Positions 1 through 12,200 of a stretch of 64,000 nucleotides of DNA are shown here, piece by piece. The notes under the pieces were generated by a model, which was not told where the DNA came from, did no database searches, and worked only from the letters and a program-made list of their open reading frames with translations. Source of the DNA: Antedon mediterranea (taxonomy: Eukaryota > Animalia > Echinodermata); the NCBI RefSeq assembly GCF_964355755.1, contig NC_092673.1:16216948-16280947 (forward strand). Direction: 5' to 3'. The translations under genes were made by a program, and so were the position numbers. Within the stretch, counting starts at the first letter, position 1. Each line of letters opens with the position of its first letter.

Positions 1-2281
1 TTAGTTTTAAGTTTTGACCACAGATTCTTTATGTAGAATAGTATGGTATATAAATTAACCATTTCCTTCGACTATAAAATAAAAATAAAAGCACACTATT
101 GTCAAGTCACTGGCATTATGAACGGCAATAATTAATATGTAGTACAGCTTCAGTAATTGCATGTGAATAAAATTTAAACAGTAGTCTTAAAATATGCATT
201 ACACAATGACAATGTTACATGTAAACTTACCACAGGAAGATATTAAAAGGAGGGTCGTAGTCTGGATCATCATCATCATCTGATTCACTTATGTCAATTT
301 CAATAGTCATACTAGAAAAACAAGCATAACACAGTTTTAATTGCAATACAATTGTCTACCTAATTTGATATTGGTTGATGGATATTAAATGATTTGATTT
401 CTATGGAATTTGAATTCAATGTTTATGTACTGTACAATCACCATAAACTGTTCACCATCAGTACAACATGCATTCTTTGTTATTGCAAAATATATTTACT
501 TTGACTTTCCAGCATTGCTTTCATATTCTGCCTTTCTTTCAGTATCACTTTCACTAAAAATAAAAAAATATCATTTAAACCATTGAATATTCACCCTTTT
601 CAATTGTAAAATATTGTTTAAATAAATAAATTACATTGTATAGTGCATCATTACAGATTTACTGTACAATCACTTGTCAGTGAACTTACAGAAGGAGTTA
701 TTATTTACTAACAATTTACATTGAGTGCCTTTGAAGCCCACCATCACATACCATTCCAAGTATCACATCACATCTCCCAGGTCACAAGAAACATAGAAAA
801 TGTAATGATTCTTAACAAATATAATATACCAATGCCATCTGATAATGTTACTGTTATTTCAGCAATTCAGTAAATTAAACATTGACTTACAATTCATTAG
901 AAGATGAAAGTGCTGGTGCTGGTGAACTGGCTGAACCATGACTAGTAGTAGTGCTTAATTGATCTATTCCAGATATACCTGAAAGGCTGAAAGCAAACCA
1001 ACAATGTGTTGTAAACTGATTGAATTGTTGATTACCAATTCACAAGTAACAATTTATTACAATTGTTGTAATCATGGTTATTTTTGTATTATAGTATAAT
1101 TAACACAGGCCTAATGGCCAACTTAATTAAAAATCATATTTAGTTAGAACACATCATATTTTGCATTATTTATTTGATGTTACTTTTAAAATTGAAAATC
1201 ATAGAATCTTACTGAATTTCAGTCATGGAATCTGAACTATGATGTTGTGTCACCAATTTTGTTTCCACTGCCATCATTGGAGTGGATGTCATTGCTGTTG
1301 CAAACTGGGGAGATACTTGTTTTTTTCACTTGTTGCAAACTCCTACTAGGCCTAGCACCACTAGGCATAGTCCTAGCAGTACTAGTACTAGTAGTACTAC
1401 TACAAGGCCTACTAGTTGTAGAAGTCATTTCATTTAGAAGGCATTGTCATCGTTGACTGCTTTGTTTTCTCATACCTATAATAGTATTAATAATTTATGT
1501 ATAGACAGGCCTAGTAGTAGAATTTAGAATAAACATGCATGATGGCTAATAAATATAATGTGAAGGCTCCATGACTAGCTATAACGAGTAGGCCTAGGCC
1601 TACTAGTTAGGCCTATATAAAATAGGCCTAGCCTAGAGGCCTACCTATCTTATTTATATGCTAAATAATTTAATTTTTTTTAGAAGGGCTAGGCCCCTAG
1701 CCTACTTTACTAGAGTAGTATGCCTAGCCTAGGAGGAGGTAGGACGGACGGCCCTGCTGGGCCCACCACCACCCAGACAGTCAGAATACTCACATATCGA
1801 GTAAAAATGTTGCAACTTCAGTCTCGCTCTCAAGATTGTTTGAATCCTGAACTGCTGTCCATCTTACAAAAACTTCCGGACTTAGCAGTATTCTGCGATT
1901 ATTGATATTGGTATTTATTCTACTTTTCCGTCTCTTTTTTTCTGAATTTGTGCTTCTGACCCTTCTGACTCGCCATCATAAGAATGTTTTCTGTCCCCGC
2001 GCGCGCGAGAGGTTGTTGTTCCTCCGGCAGCCGGCAGCAGTGCGATTTTGATCAAGTTTTTCCCCTGAGCAAATCCAGGGGCAAAGGTTAAAATCAATCG
2101 GAAGTCGGTTGGCTGCCAGCCAACCGACTTCCGGTTGACTATTTTTTACTTTAAATTACGATTTTCTGAGGTAAATAATTTTTTTTTTGATCCAATTTTT
2201 TTTCAAAGTGAATAACTTTTATGTATCATTAAAATGGCCTTTAAAAAAAAAAAAATTTTTGTTCAGGGGGACAATACATCT
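1..2281 (-). mobile_element. End of a Kolobok-type DNA transposon carrying a decayed, spliced gene (possible transposase 5' exons)
   Basis: Terminus TTAA|AGATGTATTGTCCCC (TTAA 2282-2285), inserted at the TTAA seen empty at about 12698 in a paralogous intron unit. Minus-strand exons at about 1794-1979, 1213-1475, 891-978, 500-556 and 231-312 encode ...FVRWTAVQDSNNLESETEVATFLLD, S/T-rich and DDDDPDYDPPF segments, with frameshifts. Confidence 0.55.
2094..2138. repeat. GC-rich hairpin (17-bp perfect inverted repeat)
   Basis: CGGAAGTCGGTTGGCTG-C-CAGCCAACCGACTTCCG at 2099-2133. Confidence 0.9.
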
Positions 2282-3144
2282 TTAAGAACAGTTCCGTCTC
2301 TTATCTTATGACTTTTCGGGGAAAAATGACATTATTAAAGTTGTTATATAAAATTTGATACTAGTAAGTGTCAATAGATGGTTCTTAAATACATGACCTT
2401 TGGTAAATATCTGAAAATTGCACTGTACACAAGGCAAATAAATACAGATATGATGGAATTTATGTTGTCAAATATAATTTTCATCCTGAGAATTACCTGA
2501 ATTTTGTTTATTGCATGGCATTGTTCACCAAATTCCTGTCTTGGTACAATTGATGATGGGATGGTTTAAGGCTTCATGATATGATATGATCTTCATCGAG
2601 TCATGATATGATATGATCTTCATCGAGGAAAATGGTTTAAACTAAATTTGTTATCGTTAATATCTAACTTAGCTTAATTATGATATTGGTTTCATTGGGT
2701 GTTAAAAATCAGTACTGAAAGTATGTACCAACTTTCTCTACCATTGAGTATAAATTCTAGAAGTTGGACTTAATTTACTAAATTTCCCATTACCTAAATA
2801 TATATGTAAATTCATTTAACTGCTTATTGGCTTCATATTGTTAACATCTAAACATTTGTTTGTACAATTTTATGAAATATGTATTTTATTAATGTTCAAA
2901 TTTTGTGATTGATATTGTACAGTAAGTAGATTTTAATGATTACTTACATTAAGTAATAGGCTAACAATCACTAGATCTGATCCATGGTAATATATTATAT
3001 TTTGTTTTCATTTATCAATAATGATAATTAGAATTTTATCACATTATTTAGCAGTAATTGTTGTTGTTTGTATTTACAGAAAAAAACAATTTCACATAAT
3101 GTCTGTTGTCAGTATTTATAAACTTCATTATGATTCCTTTCCAG

Positions 3145-3264
3145 TATGGTGACACTATATTACATTCATATCTGGGGAATCGTGGATATACAACAACTAT
3201 ACCTACCTTAGAAATAGTGACGTGTCTCATTCAGCATGGGTCACCAGTAGCATTGCAAAATAAG
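3145..3264 (+). CDS. Ankyrin-repeat exon (40 aa)
   Basis: tttccag|YGDTILHSYLGNRGYTTTIPTLEIVTCLIQHGSPVALQNK|gtaatg; fits the GxTPLH...LEIVxxLIxHGA ankyrin consensus. Confidence 0.85.
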
Positions 3265-6200
3265 GTAATGTACAGGGATTTGCTAGTGTAATAAGCTAAC
3301 ATTATATAGATCTGCTGAAGTAAACCATTTAATGAGAGAAAAAAGAAAGCACATTAACAAAAATCAAATTTTTGAATTAGTAATTCGTTTGAACGGATTA
3401 ATAATCTGTTCAAACGAATTAGTAATCCGTTCAAACGAATTGCAACATATACAACAAGTGCCATTTAAAGTATATGTTGTAATTCGTTTAAACGAATTAC
3501 TAATTTGTTTAAACAGATTACTAATTCGTTCAAACGAATTACTAATTCGTTCAAACAGATTAGTAATCCGTTTAAACAAATTATTAATTTGTTTAAACAA
3601 ATTATTAATTTGTTTAAACGGATTACTAATTCGTTTGAACGAATTAGTAATCCGTTTAAACAAATTATTAATTCGTTTAAACAAATTAGTAATCCGTTTA
3701 AACAAATTAGTAATTCGTTTGAACGAATTAGTAATTCGTTTGAACAAATTAGTAATCCGTTTAAACAAATTAGTAATTCGTTTGAACGGATTAGTAATCC
3801 GTTTAAACGAATTACAACATATACTTTAAATGGCACTTGTTGTATATGTTGCAATTCGTTTGAACGGATTACTAATTCGTTTGAACAGATTATTAATCCG
3901 TTCAAACGAATTACTAATTCGTTAGAACGGATTACGTTCGAAAAACATACACTTAAAATGGCATTAATGGGCTTTCGTAACAAACCAACTAAAAAAATAA
4001 CTAAATAGTTATATATGATTTATGATAACTGATTTAAAGTGTACAGTTACCTATCATATAACATAAATCTTTAATTTTCTCAATGAAAAATCTTCATAGT
4101 AACCTACAATAATAATAATATCCTGGATTTATATAGCGCCTAATGTTGTTAAACCTCTAAGCGCTGAACATTTTCCTGATCAAACACCTATGGAAACATT
4201 CTCCCATAACGCAGCTAGTAATAAGCGCAAAGTTGTGTCTTGATCTAACCGGGTTCCCAATTATACACCTGGGTGGAGAGAGGCAAACGTAAAGTAAAGT
4301 ATCTTGCCTAAGGATACAAGCAATGCGGCGAGAGTTGGATTCGAAACTCGATCTCACGATCAGCAGTCCAACGTCCTTACAATGTTGTTAACATTTTTAT
4401 GACCTTAAAACAAATATAAATTGCTCATTATTACTGTATGTACTTTAAGATAACGATTGACAATGGTCTAATTAATTGTAAATATGAAATAAAATGGGAC
4501 ATGCTACATTTGACTATTAATAAACTAACAAATTAAAAAATGTTTATGTTAAAAATAGAATCTGATTTCAATAAAAAAGGATTATTAATTGTTAATAACC
4601 TGCTCCCGCCCTTTACTTACTTTACAATAAAATACTTCTGTAAGTCTTATCACATACAGTATGAATATGGCCTTAAAGAGATCCTTTTCCAAACAAACAT
4701 TTTGCACAAAAGGAAGAGAAATGTAAATAATGTTTAGTTTAGTAAAAATGTTTGAGCAATGCGATTTCAAAAAGAAATTTAATATGAAATTATTCTTTTC
4801 AAACAGTGCCGTATCTTATCTTATGACTTTTTGGAAAAAATGATTCTATTAAAGTTGCCAGTTAAAATTTGATATACTGGTAATTAAGTGCCCACAGATG
4901 GTTCTCGAATACATAAACTTTGGTAAATAACTGAATATTGTCTAAGTCGGTCTGTACACAAAGCAAATAAATATAGATATGATGGAATTTATGTAGTCAA
5001 ATATAATTGTCATCTTGAGAATTACCTTAATTTTGTTTATTGCATGGTATTGTTCACCAAATTCCTGTCTTGGTACATTTGATAATGGGATGGGATCGTC
5101 AATATAGTACACTGGTTTTCATTAGGTGTTAAAAATTAGTACTGAAAGTATTTACCAACTTTCTCTACCATTGGGTAAAAATTCTAAAAGTTGAACTTAA
5201 TTTACAGAAATTTCCCATTACGTAAATTTATATATAAATTCATTAAACTGCTTATTGGCCTCATATTTTTAATATCTCAACATTTGTTTGTACAATTTTA
5301 TGAAATATTTATTTTATAACGTTCAAATTTTGTGATTGCCATTGTACAGTAATTAGATTTTGATGATTACTTACATTAAGTAATAGGCTAACAATCACTA
5401 GATCTGATCCATGGTAATATATTATATTTTGTTTTCATTTATCAATAATGATAATTAGGATTTTATCACATTATTTAGCAGTAATTGTTGTTGTTTGTAT
5501 TAACAAAAAAAAAACCAATTTCACATAATGTCTGTTGTCAGTATTTATAAACTTCATGATTACGATTCCTTTCCAGAATGGGAACACTCCATTACATGAG
5601 TGTCTGTGGCTTGGAGACCCTACCTTAGAAATAGTGACGTGTCTCATTCAGCATGAGGCGCCAGTAGCATTGCAAAATAAGGTAAATGTATAGGGATTTG
5701 CTAGTGTAATAAGCTAACATTCTATAGATCTACTGAAGTAAACCATTTAATGAGAGAAAAAAGTAAGCACATTAACAAAAATCAAATTTGATTAAAACAA
5801 ACCAAATAAAAAATAACTAAATAGTTATATATGATTTATGATAACTGATTTAAAGTGTACAGTTACCTATCATATAACATAAATCTTTAATTTTCTTAAT
5901 GAACAAAAAAATCAATTTTTTTTATATATTCAGTTATTAATTAACAATTATTGACAATGGTCTAATATGAAATAAAATGCGACAACTACTAAACAATTAA
6001 AAATGTTTATGTTAAAAAAATTAATAGAATCTGATTTTAATAAAAAATAATTATTAATTAAAAACCTGCTCCCTCCCTTACCTTACAAAAAATGCTTCTG
6101 TCAGTCTATCCAGCTAATTATGAAAATGGCCTTAAAGAAATCTTTTTCCAACCTAGGGTTCTCACAGATGCTTCTCGAATACATGAACTTTGGTAAATAA

Positions 6201-9200
6201 CTGAAAATTGCACTGGACACCAGGCAAATAAATACAGATATGATGGAATTTATGTAGTCAAATATAATTGTCATCCTGAGAATTACCTTAATTTTGTTTA
6301 TTGCATGGTATTGTTCACCAAATTCCTGTCTTGGTACATTTGATGATGGGATGTTATCAGGTTTCATGATATGATATGATTTTCATCGAGGCAAATGGTT
6401 TAAATTAAATTTGTTATCGTTAATATCTAACTTAGCTTAATTATGATATTGGTTTCATTGGGTGTTAAAATTCAGTACTGAAAGTATGTACCAACTTTCT
6501 CTACCATTGAGTATAAATTCTAGAAGTTGCACTTAATTTACTAAAATTTCCCATTACCTAAATATATATGTAAATTCATTTAACTGCTTATTGGCTTCAT
6601 ATTGTTAACATCTAAACATTTGTTTGTACAATTTTATGAAATATGTATTTTATTAATGTTCAAATTTTGTGATTGATATTGTACAGTAAGTAGATTTTAA
6701 TGATTACTTACATTAAGTAATAGGCTAACAATCACTAGATCTGATCCATGGTAATATATTATATTTTGTTTTCATTTATCAATAATGATAATTAGAATTT
6801 TATCACATTATTTAGCAGTAATTGTTGTTGTTTGTATTTACAAAAAAAAACAATTTCACATAATGTCTGTTTGTCAGTATTTATAAGCTTCATGATTATC
6901 ATTCCTTTCCAGGATGGTAACACTCTATTACATTCATATCTGAGGAGTGGATATCTGAGGCGTGTATATACAACAACTATACTGGTACCTACCTTAGAAA
7001 TAGTGACGTATCTCATAATGTCTGTTGTCAGTATTTATAAACTTCATTATGATTCCTTTCCAGTCTGGTGACACTCTATTACATTCATATCTGAGGAGTG
7101 GAAATACACCTACCTTAGAAATAGTGACGTGTCTCATTCAGCATGGGACACCAGTAGCATTGCAAAATAAGGTAAATGTACAGGAATTTGCTAGTGTAAT
7201 AAGCTAACATTATATAGATCTGCTGAAGTAAACCATTTAATGAGAGAAAAAAGTAAGCACATTAACAAAAATCAAATTTTATTAAAACAAACCAAATAAA
7301 AAAATAACTAAATAGTTATATATGATTTATGATAACTGATTTAAAGTGTACAGTTACCTATCATATAATATAAATCTTTAATTTTCTTAATGAACAATAA
7401 AATCTATTTTTTTTATATATTCAGTTATTAATTAACAATTATTGATAATGGTCTAATTAATTGTAAATATGAAATAAAATGGGACAACTACTAAACAAAA
7501 ATTAATAGAATCTGATTTTAATAAAAAAAAATTATTAATTGATAATGATTATTAATTAATAATGTGCTCCTTCCCTTATCTTACAAAAAAAATTCTTCTG
7601 TCAGTCTATCTAGCTAATTATAAACATGGCCTTAAACTACATCTGGAGATCCTTTTCCAACCTAGGATCTTTTTGTGCAAACATTTTTTGATCTTCATCG
7701 AGGCAAATGATAAATTTGTTTTGATCGTCAATATTCATTCATTCATTCATTCATTCAGGCTTATTGCCTGACTTTATTTACTTTAGGCCTCTGGCCCCTA
7801 GTAATTAATAAAATAATAATTACATTGAAAAATAAAGCAATTTATGGTCACAAGATAAATGAATTAATTAACTTATAAGCATGATAAATATATTTAGATA
7901 GATTATCAATAATTATTGGATCCTGTGATGAAATTAAACGGCAGAATTTAAAAGTATTTGGATTTTCAAAAAATAAAGAAGGTATAAATTTTTTTCTGAT
8001 TTCCTTGTAACGAGAGCAAACTGTAACAAAATGATATTCACCTTCAACTTCATTTATATCACATATTTTACATAACCTATTGTTGCGCTCTATTCTTTTC
8101 CATCTTCCCTTTTCTACCTCTAGTTGAAGTGTGCCCGGTCTTTTAGTTGACTTAAAGCTCGCTTATATCTAGTATCAAGGGTCTGTAGTAAGTATCCATC
8201 TACTCCGAAATTGTTTTTGAACATTTTATAATATCTTAATTTTGAAGAAATATTTATGCTTTCATGAAAGGATTGGCGTTCCATATCGGTTAGCCTTTCT
8301 TTTATTTGATTAATTATATGAAATTTATCAAGGACATTATTTTGTGAAAACCATATGTTTCCATGACCAATAGAGCATAACATATGTTTTACATCGCTTA
8401 CCCAACAATTACTATTATTTTGCGCTTTATGAAGTTGAGATTTATAACATTTCTTCGCATATCTGTCCTCGTTCATATTTACTAGTCTTACCCAATAACG
8501 GATAACATTGAGTACACCTTCGATTGATAAAGAGAATCGTCTACATTCCCCTCTAATTGAAACATTTGTGGCTGATTTCCCGACCCCTAAAACATATCTA
8601 CAGAAATTATTTTGAATATCATCAATTTTGTTGTTGTTTAGTTTTCCCCATATTTCACTACCATACAGTATAATTGGGTTTATTTTAACATCAAATAAGT
8701 TAGTTCCAAATATTCACTAGTAAATGTCCATATTTCTGATATACTATATTTTTGAGTGAGAAAAGTGCTTTATTAGCCTGTGTATTATTTTGTTCTCTGG
8801 CCTTTTCCCAAATTCCTGAACAATCGAAAGTGACTCCAAGATATTTAAGAGATTTTACTATTTCAATTTCTTTACCAAGTTAATTCCACTTTTCGTAGTT
8901 CTTAAGTTTTCCATTTAAAAAAAATACTATTTTACTTTTGTCAATGTTAACTACCAATCCCTACCTATTACAATAATATGCTAATTTATTTAAAAGATCT
9001 TGTAATGAGTACACTGTATCACTGATTAAAACTAGATCATCTGCATACAGTAGGTGATTAATATTTATGTTATCAATTTTTATTTTGTTTCGATTTTCAG
9101 CAGTATGATAACTCAGTTATATCATTAATTATTAAATAATAATGAAGATAAAGGTGACCCTTGTTGTATTCCTACTTCACATTTAAAGGATTCTCCAATT

Positions 9201-12200
9201 TGTTGCCAACCTTTACATGCCCTTTTAATTTACTATACATTGTTTTTATAACTTTGATTATTTTACCTTTTATACCAGATTTTCTTAGTTTACAAGGAAA
9301 TCGTGTCTAATAGAATCGAAAGCGCGTTTTAAATCTATAAACGCCATGTACACAGTTCCTCGTTTTTTTGAGAAATATTTGTTAACAATTGTGTATAAAA
9401 TAAATATGTTATCAATAGTACGACAATCTTTTCTAAACCATCCCTGTTCTTGATGTAATATTTCATTTTCTTCTGTCCATTTGCTTAATCTATTGCTTAT
9501 AATGTATAACAAGCACGAATGTGCAATACTCGGGGTACAGCGAAAGAAGCTGTAATGACGTCATAAGACCGGATGTAACGTCACATACACATCAATAACC
9601 GCGCTACCAAATACGGCTATACGGTACCATCTTCGAGACGTGATATGGCTGCATCCGGTTTGAAATTAAAAAATCCAGCTCTATAGATTTGAGGACATGT
9701 CCCTGTAGTATATTCATGCTAAATCTGAGCTCAATACTACAACGAATAAGGGAGGAGTAGTACTTTATAAATCGCACTTTTTGCTCAATAGTGTCCAGAT
9801 GGAAGAAGAAGAGGAAAAGATGAGAGAGTCCTAGACTCAGGTACCCCGGGTAATAAAACGAGATATACTCTATATCATATTACGTATACAGTATATTTCA
9901 CCATAAAGTTAAAGAAAAATAGGTTTCGTCAGGGCTCGAACCGGGACCTTCTGCGTGTTAAGCAGACTTGACCACCACTACACTACGAAACCTCTTACAC
10001 TAAAAATGTGGGTTACACAAAGTTTTTTTATCCATTTAAATTACAAATAAATATGGTAATAAGCATAAAGCAAAATAAACGTGTGTAAAAGTGATAATTA
10101 CCGATTACACAAAGTAAGTATTTAAAAAAATAATAAAAATAAGATATAGTGTGTATAATTATCATATTGCGTATACAGTACTTTTCACCATATAAAGTTT
10201 AAAAAAAAAACCTTCGTCCGGGCTCGAACCAGGTACCTTCTGCGTGTTAAGCAAACGTGATAACCACTCGCCAAGAAGCCGCATATAACTACATAACGCT
10301 GTGGTGTGTGTCACACATTGTGGCTTCTTAATTGAAAAAATTAATTAACAAAAAAGCACGAATGTGCGATACTCGGGGTGCAGCAAATGAAGCTGTAATG
10401 ACGTCATAAGACGGGATGTGACGTCACATACACATCAATAACCTACCAAATACGGCTATATGGTACCACTCGCCAAGAAGCCGCATATAACTACATAACG
10501 CTGTGGTGTGTGTCACACATTGTGGCTTCTTAATTGAAAAAATTAATTAACAAAAAAGCACGAATGTGCGATACTCGGGGTGCAGCAAATGAAGCTGTAA
10601 TGACGTCATAAGACGGGATGTGACGTCACATACACATCAATAACCTACCAAATACGGCTATATGGTACCATATCCGAGACGTCATATGGCTGCATCCGAT
10701 TTGAAATTTAAAAATCTGTCTCTATAGCTTTGAGGACATGTCCCTGTAGTATATTCATGCCAAATCCCAGCTCAATACTACAACGAATAAGGGAGGAGTA
10801 GTACTTTAAAAATCGCACTTTTTACTCAATAGTGTCCAGATGGAGGAAGAGGAGAAAATGAGTAAGTACTAGACTCGGGTACCCCGAGTAAAAACACCTT
10901 GCCTAAAGTGAATATTAAGGATACGCCACTTTAATTTGCTGGTTGATCTCTTTTACTCTTTTTAAATATAGGAATAATAATGCTTGTTGCCCATTGCTGG
11001 GAAAAATTTCCAGAGGTAAAAATACTATTAAAAATTTTCGTAATTGCGCTAATAGCAGCATTTGGCATACAAGTAAAAAATTCAATTGGGAATCCATCAA
11101 TACCTGGAGCTTTACCCCTTTTCTGTGCTTTAATTGCATAAATTACTTCTTCCCGGCTGATTTCTTCATTGTAACAATCGTTATGTTCGCAATTGTTATC
11201 GTTATCGTCTTCTATATTGATTTCTTGTATATTATTTGTTTGATTTTGGAACATTGTTTTGAAGTAATCATGCCATTTTTTAAGTGTAATGTTTGTCACA
11301 TTTTGTTGTCGTTTGGTTTTAAGGTTTTTCCAAAATATTGTACTGTTATGTTCCTTTATTAACCTGATTAATTTTTGTTGTGATGAATTTTTATGTTTAT
11401 TTTTTTTAAATTTTATTAATTTTTTATAACTCCTTTTCTTTAACAGATATTCATTTAATAGGGTGTTAGTTTTGTATTTTCTATATTTATTAAGAATGCT
11501 ACGAATAATAATTTTCTTTTTTATGCATTGACGATCAAACCATGTATTCTTGGGCAATTTTGTGCATTTTTGTTGTATTTGTGTTTGTTTTTTTGTATTT
11601 ATGTACATTTATAGTACACTGGTTTTCATTAGGTGTTAAAAATCAGTACCGGAAGTATGTACAAACTTTCTCTACCATTGAGTATAAATTCTAGAAGTTG
11701 TACTTAATTTACTAAAATTTCCCATTACCTAAATATATATGTAAATTCATTTAACTGCTTATTGGCTTCATATTGTTAACATCTAAACATTTGTTTGTAC
11801 AATTTTATGAAATATGTATTTTATTAATGTTTACATTTTGTGATTGATATTGTACAGTACGTAGATTTTAATGATTACTTACATTAAGTAATAGGCTAAC
11901 AATCACTAGATCTGATCCATGGTAAGATATTATATTTTGTTTTCATTTATCAATAATGATAATTAGGATTTTATCACATTATTTAGCAGTAATTGTTGTT
12001 GTTTGTATTTACAAAAAAAAACAATTTCACATAATGTCTGTTGTCAGTATTTATAAACGTTCATGATTATGATTTTTTTCCAGGATGGTAACACTCCATT
12101 ACAGTCATATCTGTGGAGTGTATATACACCTACCTTAGAAATAGTTACGTGTCTCATTCAGCATGGGGCACCATTAGCATTGCAAAATAAGGTAAATGTA

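Larger units (their letters stand above)
7734..11610 (-). mobile_element. Degraded 5'-truncated CR1/L2-group LINE (RT ORF2 fragments); duplicate at about 20135-24011
   Basis: KAPGIDG...IIIPIFKK, FIDLKRAFDSI, YADD region, C-terminal RLCKIC...EYHF..C; (TGAA)n tail; empty site gatcgtcaatat|agtacactgg at about 5094-5115. Confidence 0.9.

Noticed and set aside
3372-3930. CRISPR-like repeat array
   Set aside because: No unique spacers between repeats, eukaryotic context and no cas genes.
3332-4008. Four ORFs of 134-172 aa that look like leucine-rich or coiled-coil proteins
   Set aside because: Artefacts of a 21-bp palindromic tandem repeat lacking stops in some frames.
6101-6367. Minus-strand ORF MKPDNIPSS... 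recurring in the tandem units
   Set aside because: Frame is not preserved among paralogous units and has no recognisable domain; it is intron sequence of the + strand gene.
9922-9992. Functional tRNA-Val gene
   Set aside because: D-stem is disrupted and the copy sits inside a mobile insertion; treated as a pseudogene.
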